Source of the DNA: Amphiscolops sp. MND2022
Lineage: Eukaryota
Assembly: GCA_964187785.1 (NCBI GenBank)
Contig: OZ076409.1
Coordinates: 6,760,001-6,824,000, forward strand
Length of the DNA: 64,000 nt
Direction of reading: 5' to 3'
The notes beneath the pieces are model-generated. The model was given only the letters and a program-made list of their open reading frames with translations, had not been told where the DNA came from and ran no database searches. Positions 49,063 to 61,762 of the stretch are shown piece after piece. The number at the start of each line of letters is the position of its first letter. The stretch's first letter is position 1. Position numbers and translations under genes: made by a program.

Positions 49063-50038
49063 GTCCTTAGAATCAGCTGTGTAATTCATTTCATTATTGG
49101 TCAAAATGACTTTCTCGCTTAAGCATCAATAATTATCAGTAATCTCGTCAATCGAATATAAACCTTCAAAAACAAATATTTTTGACATCTGAACTCCGCA
49201 ATAGCATAAAAAACCTACCTCCTTTCAACCAATAACAGGAAAAAAGGAATGATATTGGATAGCAAAAAACTCCAATATTTTCCTTAGTAATACAAGGCGT
49301 GAACAAAGAATTTTTGAGTTATTGTTTTACTGAACAGAGAGCACAAAGCCTTTGGTGAAACCAACACAAACAAGCCTTGAGCTGCTTTGATTTATGAAAA
49401 CCTTGATTCACATACAGAAATATCCCTTGTCTTACCGGCATGTACAATGACTAATACCATGGAACACAGTCTACTAGGTATAAAAAAACACTTATACATT
49501 ATGTAAAACCAAAAAAATCATGGTAACAGCCGCTTCAAAATAATGGCTCCATTGACGAACTCTTTTTTGGATCCAGCAAACTCTGGTTTCTTTGATCCGA
49601 GTTTCTTTATTGCCACATTTTCGCTTCATTTGAAGTTTTGAACTGAAAAAAAACAAAGAAAAAGACTGAGATTTGATTCGAACGAAATGTTTTACGAACT
49701 ATATGTTCGTCACTTCAGTCACAAAACAATTAAACAAAAGACACTTGATAATCTTTTCACTCCTTCTCATGCTGAGTCTAGTTTTCGTTTCAAGAGCTCT
49801 GTAGTTTGAAGTCATTTTTCGTGATCGACTTGAAAGCCAAAACTGGCACGCTGCAAACGCTTTCACCTACCTTCGATGTGAAAAATGGTCACAGTAGATA
49901 AGATTAAGTTGATTGTTGCTTAGCCACTGTGTTTTAATCTCGATATTGGTTTCAATCGTACAATACGTCAAAGCATTCGCTTATTTTGACTTATTCACCA
50001 ACATATGATTTTATTTTGTTTTCTTTTAAAACTGAAAT

Positions 50039-51239
50039 ATGGATGAAATTAGAGAAAAACTGGACGATTTGGAAGACAGGTATTACCGGTTCACCCACCA
50101 ACAGCGTTGCTTCGCCGACGCCCTAACTGCTGGTAGGCGGGGCTTCATAATTCCAGCCCCTATAAAGACGGTAACAGAGGTTCTTGCTCTTTTGGAAGGC
50201 GAAGACCTCGAACGAAGCAAAGATGTTCGAATCGTGGAGGCCTTTGCCTCTATTTTTTCCGACATCGATGCCTTACGCAAGCAGTTCAAACATATCCTCA
50301 TTGGATGCCTGGAGACGAATGAGAAAATCAAGACATCTCAAGCTGCTAAAAAATTGGTCCAGTGTTTGAAAAAATGGCGGACCATGATGGACCCGGACTT
50401 TGATTTCTCGGAACTGAGAGCCAAGTATCCACACAGCGTGGTTGAGAGACTGAGTTCCGTGGAAGCCAGAGAACTTTACGCTGGCGTTGTATCGTTTCTT
50501 CCTATAGCTTTAGATAACGTCAGAATTGCCTTCATTTATTTACAACGTGTTTTCAAACAAACTACTGCCCAAATCCCGTTCGGTTTTTCTGACCAATGGT
50601 CTTCACGAAGTAGCGCTACTTCTTTATCAAGAGCTCTTGCCTCGACACGACCCAACTCAGCGTTTATAAACACAATAAGGGACGAAAACAATAATGAGGA
50701 GTGTCAAATTGAAGGCAAGAGTAGACCCCAAACGGCGCATTCTTCCTTAAAACTTGACATCCCTAAAACTGCCTCAAACGCAACCAGAAGCAACTCCCTT
50801 GCCACAAATGACTTAGCCAGACTTGACACCCCAGCTGTTCGGAGTCCCTCAGCTGCCAGTGCGCTTTCCAGGCGCTCGTCGGGTCACCCAAAATCCAGGG
50901 TTTCATCGTCACACAACAACCGACCCAAAACAAGCAGCTCCGCCGATTGGATCGATATTGAGAATGTCGATGAAGGATTGACTCACGGCGATGTTGAAGT
51001 GAATCCCCGTTATTCAAAAAGTTCTCGAAATTCAGCGACGCGACGTTCGGCCCCCTTGTCGAGAACACCTTTGAGCACCATCAGACAGAGATTGAAGGCG
51101 AATCCAAGGGAAGTTTCAGCTATCCAGGAGAAGCTGAGACAAATGAGATCCCAATCAGCAACTTCCACCCCTGGAAGAATCCAGGCGTTGGACGGGTCGA
51201 GCCAGAACGGGAAGTCGTCAGAAAATGGTTACAAACAAG
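50039..51239 (+). CDS. SPACA9: Sperm acrosome-associated protein 9-like, exon 1
   Basis: MDEIREKL..RFTHQQRCF and LRAKYPHSVVERLSSVEARELYAGVVSFLP match SPACA9 (LRAKYPHDVVNHLSCDEARNHYGGVVSLIP, from recall); long S/R-rich tail follows. Confidence 0.88.
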
Positions 51240-51659
51240 GTTGTTAATTATTCAGTTTTCACGAAAAATGTTTTAAACAGGTTTTTAACGAAATATACTG
51301 TTTTTTTTTTGTATTTTATTGTTTTTTCCTCTTGGGAAAAATACCGTGGAAAACAATGTGTTAAGTAAAACTGTTTTTTCATTTATTGTCAAATATTTCA
51401 TTGTACAAAAATTTAACAAACGAATATAAAGCATGGAAGTCATTCACTCCATTGAATTTTTCCCAGATATCATCATTCACACGAGGCGTTTTGATCTGTG
51501 ATCAAAAAGTACCAAACAAATTGGAGTCAGAAACTAGACCATAACCAACTGAAAAGAAGTGTCTGAACAAAAACAGGAAAAAACGGTGTTCTTTTAAAAA
51601 TGGTGTTCTTCATGTTTTTTCTTGTGTTTTATTCATGAAAAAACACCTTACCAACCTTG
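51236..51659. mobile_element. CAAGGTTG-TIR MITE forming the SPACA9 intron (candidate Introner)
   Basis: TIR CAAGGTTG/CAACCTTG; TSD GTTACAAA (51228-51235) / ATTACAAA (51660-51667). Confidence 0.92.
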
Positions 51660-51668
51660 ATTACAAAG

Positions 51669-52138
51669 TTCCAACTGTGACCCCAATTGCAAATGGCTCA
51701 GCAAGACTGGATCCTATCAGTTCACAGGCTAGTTACAACTTGGGCAGACACTCGAAAAATGATGCCAGTCCAACGTCAAAGTTTACCATCGAGGTTTATG
51801 AGTCATCAAAGGGAAAACCCGACATCTCACCGTTTCCCGTAAGTGGCACCAAAAAAGAAATAGTAGAATCTCCGCGGAAAACATCAGCCACCAAGCGGCA
51901 ACAAGCGTCATCGTCAGCGAGAATGAGTCAGCTTTTGGGCAGGGAAAACAGAATAGATTCCAGAGCGTCTGAATTTGGCCAGTCTTGGCGAGGAGAAAGT
52001 GAAAAGTCGTTCGTAGCGAGTCTGAACAAATTTTCGTCTAATGGGAAAGACAGAGATGTGGCAAGTAGTTCGATCAACCAATCAGCGAAGCTCACGATTC
52101 CTCATACGAGAGGAACAGACAGGCTATGGCAGCCATAA
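51669..52138 (+). CDS. SPACA9: SPACA9-like, exon 2 (556 aa total)
   Basis: CAAG|GT...AAAG|TT splice gives GYKQVPTV in frame with ORF 51635-52138; same S/R-rich composition as the end of exon 1. Confidence 0.78.
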
Positions 52139-52948
52139 AAGGAAGGTCGAACAGCGAAAGTCTGGGTCAACTCGAATTTTGACGAGTTTCAAGATTAATC
52201 ATCATTATTCATCGCGAACAAACTTCATCAATGACGCAGGAATATGTCTTTCGAAGAATAGATGGGAACTATTCATTTTTCGTTTTTCAGTGGAAATAAA
52301 CTAAGTAAAATTATCACGATGAAAGTAAAAGCTCCCAAAAGCTCTATTTGAAATAAAATTTTACTTAATTTTTCAACTTATCATAACGGAAATGCTGTAT
52401 AGAGTCGGATCATGAAGAATCCAAAACTTAGCAAAATTATATAAAAACCGAATTGTGTCTTTATTTTTAGTATTGCAAGAGATGAAAATTTCATTACTAT
52501 CACGCCTGTCATACTGTGCTCTAAATACAGAAGGCCGACTCTGAATTTACATAAAAATTAAGGCAAAAAAGATATCCGTTAAGTTTGCTGCCGGAATTCT
52601 CGGGTAACACGCAAAAATGCCGACTCTTTACGTGAAACTTTCGGGTGGGTGAAAGTCATTTGTCGGTCAAAACTGAAGCTGTACCTAATAAGTGCTTGCG
52701 GAGGTTTTAACGAGGCAGTTTTTTGAAGAGCACTTCTTTTTTTTTCTCCGCCGAAAACGTTTTTTGTTAAAATTACAAAAACTACATAAAACCACTCTTT
52801 ATATTTTTTTGGTCATTTCTTTTGAAAGATTGACAGCCAAAAGCAGTCGGAGTAAAAATTGCAAACGGAGTAAAAATTGAAAAGTTGTCATCAGGTGATC
52901 AATTTGCTCCTGCGAATCGCTTTGTATGAACTGAAACAATTTTCTCTG

Positions 52949-53680
52949 CCCTGGTTGGGAAAAAACACAAATCTTGCAAGATTTTGGCAGACATTCTTGC
53001 AAGATCTTGCAAGTGAATGCATTAACCTGGCAGATTTCTTGCAAAAATCTTGCAAGATTTGTGTCATCTTGCAAGATTCTTGCAAGATTTCTGTCATCTT
53101 GCAAGAATCTTGCAAGGTTCAAATTTTCTTCCAAGACTCCGTTTTATAGGCTGCCCCTCCTCAAGATATTTTGGCAATTGAAACAGTCATTCCCTTCAAA
53201 ACTGAAAATGATTCAATGCTGAAAAATTTTCTTTTCTGTTTGGGGTTCATCCGACACAGTTCGATGCATTTCCAGTGAGCATTCGTAATGTTCATGATAA
53301 AAACCTCCAGCACCCATTGCTTGCATTTCGTTGTCACCGTTCGTAGAAATCGATGGCGCGGTCGTTCAACCATACGTCACAATAGTTTCATCAGAGAACC
53401 CGCAAACATGGAAACCTTAACACCCCTAGTCGAACTGCCATACATTTCTTGCAAGAGTCTCGCAGAAGGGGAACATATCAGACATTATCTGTAAGAATCT
53501 TGCAAGTATCTTACATTTCAGACAAACCTGTCAGATTCTAGCAGATCAGACATTTCTTGCAAATACAGATTTTCCTTGCAAGATTCTTGCAGGTCCAGAC
53601 AATTCTTCAAGCTTCTTAGACAGATCTTGCAAGACAATGTCCTAAAATTGTAAGAAATTCTGCAAGAAAATATCGGATGG
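52949..53680. repeat. Repeat element with arrays of palindromic TCTTGCAAGA units at both ends
   Basis: Clusters at ~52970-53120 and ~53445-53670; probably a non-autonomous DNA transposon. Confidence 0.6.
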
Positions 53681-56554
53681 AATGTACGGAAAGCAAAACA
53701 CTAAAACTCTTTAAGTACGTGTATATTTGTTTTGCTGTAATAGTCTCTCAATTGAATTATTTCACACTCATTTTCTTCCAAGTTACTTTCAAGAATCAGG
53801 CATTTTCTTCCAAGGTGTTGGAAGTGAAATCTGACAGATTCTGGCAGAAAATGTATGGAAGTTCGACTAGGGACATACTGCGATCCTCTAACGAAGCCCT
53901 TCGACATTCAAATAAAAGCATTAGAACATGAATTATGATGAAATTGGTGATAGTCTCGATCGAGTAAGTTTCACACAACAGCATCCAATAGACATATTTA
54001 CCGAGAAAATGATACAAATATGTACAAATATCACGAATAAATAAACAAACTGAACTCACTCTGTGTAGCATGCCAACACATTTTGTAAACCCAGTGACAA
54101 ATAGTGACGGTCTTAATATTAAGTGGAATAGTCGTTGTCTCAGATGTAACTCAGACATTATTGATGGTTGAATTACTTTGACGGGAGATACCAGACTTGA
54201 CAATTTTGAACAAAATGTGTAGATCCGGACCATCGCTGGCATGTCTTTGTATTCTGCCTTCCAAAAGTAAGTGGCTCATTTCACCCTGGAAAGGAATTGA
54301 ACTGGAATAACTTTCAATTTACTCCCATATGGTGAGTAAACTTTCAGGAACTTCCCGCAAATATGACTCATTTTGTCCGACCAGGTTCATTTTGAACTTG
54401 TGCAATTTTGCATGTCAAGTATTCAACAATTCAACATAAGTACTGGGTTATTCTAGTATCATTTAGTTTTTACTACAATTTATCTCACGATTTGCCAGTT
54501 ATAAAAGGAAATTCTAAATTTTATCGGGTTAGCGAGAGTCCATACCTTGTCTCATTGACTCAGGGCGAAGCAAAAGTTCAAAAATGTCTCTACTTTTCGA
54601 CAAGAAGTCTGGAACATTCAGAACTTGCACAAAATGTCAAGAGATTTCTGTGAGACTTTTGGGCATTTTGACTCATCTTTAGAAAACGCCACATTTCTTC
54701 AAAAAGTACGCTACGGAGCTGATTGTTTTGTCAATAAACTCTGTGGGTACGGATACCCACACAAAATTCAAAACTTATACTAAAGTTGCATCAAAGGGTT
54801 GATTAAAAGTGAAAATTTATTCATTTTACGAAAAAAGGTTTTCGGGACCTTTTGACACTTTTTGAGCACATTGCGTTTTAGACATGTTTTTCAAAACACC
54901 TCAAACATCCAAACAACCCCAATGATGAAAATTCATTTTTTTGTAGTTGACTTCTGTGAAAGAACATATTTACGAATGGAGCACGGCAAAATTTGGACAA
55001 AACACGGCTGAGATATTATTATTTTTTACATTTCTTCAAAACAACTTCGATTCAGATGATTTCGTTTTCTCCATCAGTTTTTAGCTGTGATTTTTGAACA
55101 AGATCTTGATACTTTACATCGAAAAAGAAATAAAATTGAAGTCGTCAAAAAAGCATTGAAAAATAAAACTGATGCAAAAGGAAATCGTCAGAAAGTCACG
55201 TTTTCTAAAAGTCGCCAAAACATTTATAAATCGTCAAAGCACTTTGATGAAAGTCCAATAATATAACTTTACGACAGAACTTTCTGTAAAGATCTACGAA
55301 AATCATGATGAAAGTTGTTTGGAGAGCAACGCAAAATTGGAGAACGTTAAACATCGTGCAATTTCATGAAGTGTATTTGGACTTTGTCAGGCGAAGGTTC
55401 AGAGTCTGTGATCCGAACGTTCCAATATGTTTGAGATTTTTGTCCCTCCGAATAACGAGTTTTCTAGAGAACTTCAATCTGAATCTGACCAACTTGACAA
55501 TTGAAAATTGTGGAAAATGAATTTTTTTATACCGTATTCAGTTTCAACTATTTTGAGTATTTTCAGTTGGTTTATTGTGTTCTCCGAAGAAGTCCTAGAA
55601 AACTAATTTCACTTTGAATCAATTTTATTCAAATTAAACATCCTTGTTGAGTTTACAAAAAACTTTTTTTCAATTCGAGGTTTCTTCAGAAATCACTTCT
55701 ATGGTGGTTTCACCCAGGAAAGCGGAGTCTAAAAAAGACTTTATTATTTTCCGCCCACATATAATACGGAAAGACAATCATAATCCGTGTTGCGTTTTTC
55801 TCCAAATTCCGCCAAATCTTAGTTACTTGACTATTTTAGTTACATGACTATTTTAGTTACTAGTATTTAATATTGGGTTTTACTAAAGAGGAGGCAGAAG
55901 TTGGAAAACAAGCGCTCCCATATGTCCCAGCACGCTATATCCGAATTTTGGCGTTATATCCGAAGTAAATTGCGTTTTACCAAGGAGGAGGTAAATTTTC
56001 GATTAAGTGTCTATTGTTAGCAAATTGAAGGAGGAAAATATCCAGGTGCAGTGCATAGCAGGCGTCTTGTTTATAGATGAAAGATTTCATGCGGTGGTAA
56101 TTTTAATGATGTCATGCCCGGACACAGCAAAAAACAACCCCCCTCAAACAAAAGTACTTCCACTATGACTGGATTCTTCGTCCGATCGAACCCATGAAAA
56201 TTGCCTAACATTGTCAAAACTCTTATTTTATCTTTTTTTTTTCAAAATTCATATCATGTGTTCATTGTATTTATTTTGAAAGTTTAAAACAACCTAGTTA
56301 TCAGGCACTTAATACCGACAAAGCTGGTATAAATCGTGATTAGTTATGCATTGAAGTTTGCTTTGATAATTGCTGTAAATCAATCAACTGTAGCATTTAA
56401 AAGGAAACTAATTCAATTGGTACGTTGCTGCCGTCCAGTTGACGTTTCGTACGTCAAATTAGCTGTCGAATCAGGATGCACGAACTCACGCTTGACCAAG
56501 TTGCTACTCACAGATTAACATGAGCGTGATTTACCTGTGATGCAAAATTTAACA

Positions 56555-57282
56555 TTTTTGGTCGGCGCTTCATGAAGTGAAACGCGACTATAATAGTGGC
56601 TTTTTTCAATCCACACGAACTGACCAAAATAGTCTCAAAACTTATACGAAACTTTATGGTGTCAAATTGAACCATTTGGCCTAGCGAACTGAGCAAAAAG
56701 ATTTCCTTTTTTCACGTAACATACAATACCGGGCGAGACTAAAAGGTCCCCCTCCCAAATTTTTTCGGCAATGTGAAACTTTTTTTTGGAAATTTTTTTT
56801 CAACAAAGGGTCCTCTCTTCAATTGTTTTGATGTTTTGCGATAGAATGGATGATAAAAAATTCCAAAATGTCCACCCTTGCAGTTTTTTTGGCATTGTGG
56901 GACTTGTTTTCCACCAAAGGACCCCCTTCAATTTTCTTGATGTTTTGCGACAGAAACGTTGACGAATACCAAAGGGTCCCCCCTTCAATTTTTTGATGTT
57001 TCGTGGCAGAATGGATGTTGAAAAATCCCAAACGGTGCACCCTTCCAGTTTTTTGGCATTATGAGACTTTTTTGCAAAAAAAATACCCAAAATGTCCCCT
57101 TCAATTTTTTGATGTTTTGCTACAAAAAACGTTGAAAAAAAACAAAAGGGTCCCCCCTTTTAGCGCGCCAATTCGGTCCAACTTTTCGGGTACTGTAAAA
57201 GAGAATATTTGACACTTTGAAGTCCTTTTGCTGTTTTTGAGCCTTAAATATGGTGCCGACTTATGCCGTTCCCGGCTTATTT
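56555..57282 (+). mobile_element. HINE-like family A copy
   Basis: TTTTGGTCGGCGC...GCCGTTCCCGGCTTATT. Confidence 0.78.
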
Positions 57283-57379
57283 GATCATACTTCTACTGAC
57301 AACAATCGATTACTGATGATACGGTTTGTCTCTGATAACACAATTTTGTTAACTCTGGATCTTCTAGGCAAGAACTCAG

Positions 57380-58048
57380 TTTTTAGTCGGCGCTTCTATT
57401 AATAAAAGAGCCCGACTATTACAGTCACTCGTTGTTTTTCTTTTTTTTTCAAGACCGACTCGAAGCGACGAACGTTAACGTTCAACTAAAGGAAACTAAA
57501 CAAATACCGGGAAACGCATCTAACTTGTTCCAAAGGGGCCCCTTTGGATTTTTATTTTTTACACGTAACCTACAAAACCGGACGGGACTAAAGGGTCCTC
57601 CCTTTCGATTTTTTTCGGCACTGTGCGACTTTTTCCGAAAATTCTTTTTGTCTCCAAAGAGTCCCCCTTTTGGTTTTTTACTTTTTAAACGTAGCCTACA
57701 AAACCGGATGAGTGTTAAGGGTCCCCCCATTTTTTTTACTTTTTCAAGGAAGCCTACAAAATCGGACGTGCCTAAAGGCCCCCTTTGGATTTTTTCGGCC
57801 GGGCACTGCGACTTTTTCTCGAAAGTTTTTTAGATGTCCCCAAAGGGCCCCTTTCGAGTTTTTTGATATTTTGCAACTGAATGTATGTTAATAAATTCCA
57901 AAGGGCCCCCTTATACATTTTTTGGCACTGTGCGACATTTTCCGAAAGAAAAAAATTTTCAAAAATTTCAAGTTTTTTTTTCAAAAAAGATGTTTTGCGC
58001 TTTTTGAGCCTTAGATATAGCGCCGACTTAAGACGTTCCCGTCTTGTT
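57380..58048 (+). mobile_element. HINE-like family A copy
   Basis: TTTTAGTCGGCGC...GCGCCGACTTAAGACGTTCCCGTCTTGTT; internal ~60-bp AAGGGTCCCCC repeats. Confidence 0.82.
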
Positions 58049-58663
58049 GAAACTTTCGCTGGTTACGTTTCTGTTTCTGTTTTTGGTTTACAGAATATCA
58101 AACAATAACCTTCATGTAACTGAGAAGAGTGTACATTTCGGATGGCTATATTTGTTGAAATGAAATTCTTTTCCAGTTCTACCACTATCAGTGAAGTGAA
58201 TTAAAGTAATAATATTTCGCTATTGCGCCTAGTGAACGCCGAATAACCAAATCTGTTTTCCGAGTCAGGGCTGTTTCCGGATACTATCTCCCTATAGCAA
58301 GCTACAGTACCATTTGGTGCAATACCATTAAAAATTTTTCTATCTTGGTAGGCAAATGAAATGCTGCAATCAAATTTTCCTTCATGTTTTCCTATTTTCA
58401 CGTTTTCATTCCAATTTTCATAAATAAGAACTGCTTTTCGCATGAGTGCCCATAATTGGCACCAAAACGTGATCAACAGAGAAATTAAAGTTTGCAGGGT
58501 TCAATTGGAGTGAGATAGGGCCTTGTACTCGCGAAATATTCCCGGAAAAAGCCTTGATTCCAAAATTCCTCTCCTTTCAAGAAGTATTTCAGCAAATTTT
58601 TATGCTTTAGTTGATGCTAATAAGTTGTTTGTTTGGCTCGGCATTTCTGTCCCACCATTAAAA

Positions 58664-59030
58664 CGGCGGATTCCCAAATAACATAAAAGCAAATAACATA
58701 AAATCGAAATTACCTTTAAATAACATAAACTGAAATGAGTTTCACTAAAAATGAAAATAAAGTTGTTTACGAGAAAGTATTATTGGTCATTCACAAATCA
58801 AAAGAGCCACTGAAAAAAGTATAAAAATTACAGATCGAACTCGCGAAATTTTGTCAGTAATTTTCTTTTTTTTTTCAGTGAATCTTTCAAATTGTGAATG
58901 CTTTTGACCAATAAAACTTCTTCGGAAACAACTTTATTTTTATTTTTAGTGAAACTCATTTCAGTTTACGTTATTTGAAGCTAATTTCGATTTTATGTTA
59001 TTTGCTTTTCTGTTATTTGGGAATCCACCG
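58664..59030. mobile_element. Palindromic MITE with long inverted arms
   Basis: CGGCGGATTCCCAAATAACATAAAAGC / GCTTTTCTGTTATTTGGGAATCCACCG. Confidence 0.75.
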
Positions 59031-59452
59031 GATTGTTTAACCGGGTATTCGTTTCTTTATTTTTATGTTACATGAAACCAATTTCATTTTTATGTTAAAT
59101 GGGACTAATTTCGTTTTTATGTTATTTCTTTTTTTGTTATTTGTTACGTAATCCATTAAAACTGTCAAATTTGTTTCAGAATTGTGGTTCCTGCTCCTCA
59201 GCATTTTCACAATTTTCCCAATCTCCCAGATTGTCATCGGTTAGTTTGTCTCCGTTTGTTTGCTATTTGTTTCCATACAAAAGTTCATGAATTACTGAGG
59301 AGTTGTTTTGAAGTTTGAATAAACAGTTAAAAGATTGATTTGTTTATTCGCATTATGCAAAAGAGAATTTTTTTTACAAATTATGGCCCTTTTTGACCCT
59401 GTTGCAAAGGTTTCATTCAAAGATCATTCATGGCTATAAATAGACTAATGAC

Positions 59453-60143
59453 CAGGCTTGTGCGTATGTCACGGCGTGAATCGCGTGTAAAATAGCGTGT
59501 AATTGGTCGATTGGATTTTTGCGTGCAATGGCGTATAAATGAGCGTGAAATTTACAATATTTTCGAAAAAAAAATATATTGTCAGATTCGAAATAGTTGG
59601 GAGAATTTTTCTGTCAAAATTATTTTGAAATCAAAAAATTGTAAGTGGGTCAAAAATTCAAAAAACTAAAAATTGATGTTTTGGAAATCGCTCTCGACCA
59701 ATGAAATGAGCGCGTGAGACGTTATTTAGGAAATGAGATTTGTTTATTTGCTCTCTTTTCGCGCGCTTTGTTGCTTTTAATAATATCACTACTGTACTCA
59801 CTCGTATTATGAAGTATGGTTCCTTTTAGTTCGGTTGCCGGCGGACGGGCGCCGTGAGAAAAATCTCCCACTGAGATATTCAATAATTTCCAAAAAATGT
59901 CGATGCTGGGGACAAAAAAGAGCCACTTTTGTTCCTCTTTTTCAACGCTGGAAATATGTAACTCTGATTTACATCTTTGGATGTATCAATTTTGTTTTTT
60001 TTTTAAAAAAAAACGTAAAAATAGAGTGAAATGAGCGTGTATTCAGTTGTTGCGCGTGAAATAGAGCGTGAAATTACGTTAAAATTGCCCTGAAATGTGG
60101 CGTGAAAATCGAGGAAATTTTCCGTGAAAAACGAACAGGCCTG
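59453..60143. mobile_element. hAT-like MITE, 8-bp TSD CTAATGAC, containing a Tc1-MITE fragment
   Basis: TIR CAGGCTTGT/ACAGGCCTG with perfect TSD. Confidence 0.85.
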
Positions 60144-61465
60144 CTAATGACCATTAATCGAAGGCAACCTTACAATAAAAGATCACTATGTGGATTCTTG
60201 AAAACGTATAGCATTAAACTTTGCCGTTCAAAAAATCGAAATTGATTAGAAATTTTTTTACAATGTTTTTAATATTCACACCCCCTGCCCTGATTGGCCG
60301 GTATGCTTTTTGTCCGAAAAAACATAATAAAGTCCGGCTAATTGTTTGCAGCAAGTGTCGAAACAAATATTATTGGTCATATCAATTTTTTTCGCCCAAG
60401 AAGTTTTTTCGAGGATGAAAGTTGTTTTCGTGTTGGGAGAATTAAGAAACAAGGTGTGTCTGGGGAGATTGAGTAAGAAACATGGTCTGAAATTTTGCGT
60501 TGCAGGCTCCCTCTACCGGCGAAAGTGTATGAAAGTGCGAAATAGAATTTTTAAAAAACGTATAGCATTAAAATCGGCTTTTTTCCCTTTTGCCCACACT
60601 TTCAAACAAAAAAATCAACAAAGGATTCTATTTGGCTATATCGTTTAATATTTCTTCAAATGAATCTTTTCCTTTGTTTTGTTGTCTCCACATGAACTCA
60701 CACAACTTTTAAATAAGAGATAACAATGCTGCAGAAATTTGACAGCTGCATTTTTTTTTCGTTCACGCCAACATACAATTTTGCGGCGAAACTCATTTTT
60801 GCGAATTAGAATAAAGCAGGAAATTATTTTTTTTGACATTACGTGAAATGTTTCATTGGAAACTCAATTGAGAGCAAATTAATTGCGAAAACAGTATCAT
60901 CTAAAAAAGTGTGTGGGAAAAGGAAAAAGTTCCCCGTATAGTATTAAAATATGCCGTTTAAAAATCGATATTGAGTAGAAATTTTGCCTCAATACTGGTT
61001 GTAGAATTGTTTTGCAACAAATGATAATAAACCTTCTTTTTCTTCAAAACTCCCCCCCCCCACACACACACACTTTTCAAGATGATGTTTTTGCAATTAA
61101 TTATATCTCAATTGAGTTTCCAATGAAACAAAAAGTGAAAAAGTGAAACGTTCTTTCATAACAAGAAGTTAACGTCTATTACAATAATTTTTTGCTTGAA
61201 CAAAACATTGTTCACACATTTTGACAATGATTATGTTCGAATTAACTGTTTTTTTTGTGACTCAAAACAGGAAGCTGTTGATTTCCTCATCAAAAATGCG
61301 TGACTACATAGGGAAAAAGTTTGTAGCTCAATTCTCAACTGTCACCCTGAAAATAAATTTTAAATTGAAGCTTTCTGGTTTATTATGTTGAGTTTGTTTT
61401 CTTTTAAAAGTGGGGGGGGGGGGTGTGTGTGAAGGAAAAAGAGCCTCTTTTTCTTCTTCTTACAG

Positions 61466-61762
61466 GCTCCCTCTACCGGCGGAAGTGTGAAGACGGCGGG
61501 TTCTATCTGTCTTTGTGGAACTTGGTCAGTGGAATTCTGCTGCTGTGTGCGGTCACCATGGAGGCAGTGTACTCGGCCGTGATGCGCATCCGGGTGCCCA
61601 AAAGGACCTACCCCCTGGAGAGACCCTTTGGTCTGCAGGGCATGCAACTCAACAGTGCGGTGTCACCCAGACACACCTCTGCCGTCACCCCCCGCAGGGT
61701 GATCTTCTACCCTCTCATGGTCATCGTGTTCCAGATCAGCATCGCGGTATCCGCCGGGTTCG
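61466..61762 (+). CDS. Internal exon of an unidentified membrane protein (two hydrophobic segments)
   Basis: Strong acceptor TTCTTCTTACAG and donor G|GTCAGT; 297 nt, phase 1/1, GC3-rich; other exons not confidently located. Confidence 0.6.

Noticed and set aside
35141..58108. Many 60-130 aa F/K-rich ORFs containing KGPP/RVPP/GADLGRSRLV
   Set aside because: Translations of HINE repeat sequence, not genes.
58201..58476. ORF beginning FWCQLWALMRKAVLI, reminiscent of an ABCA N-terminus
   Set aside because: Similarity is short, with no following transmembrane segment or further exons found.
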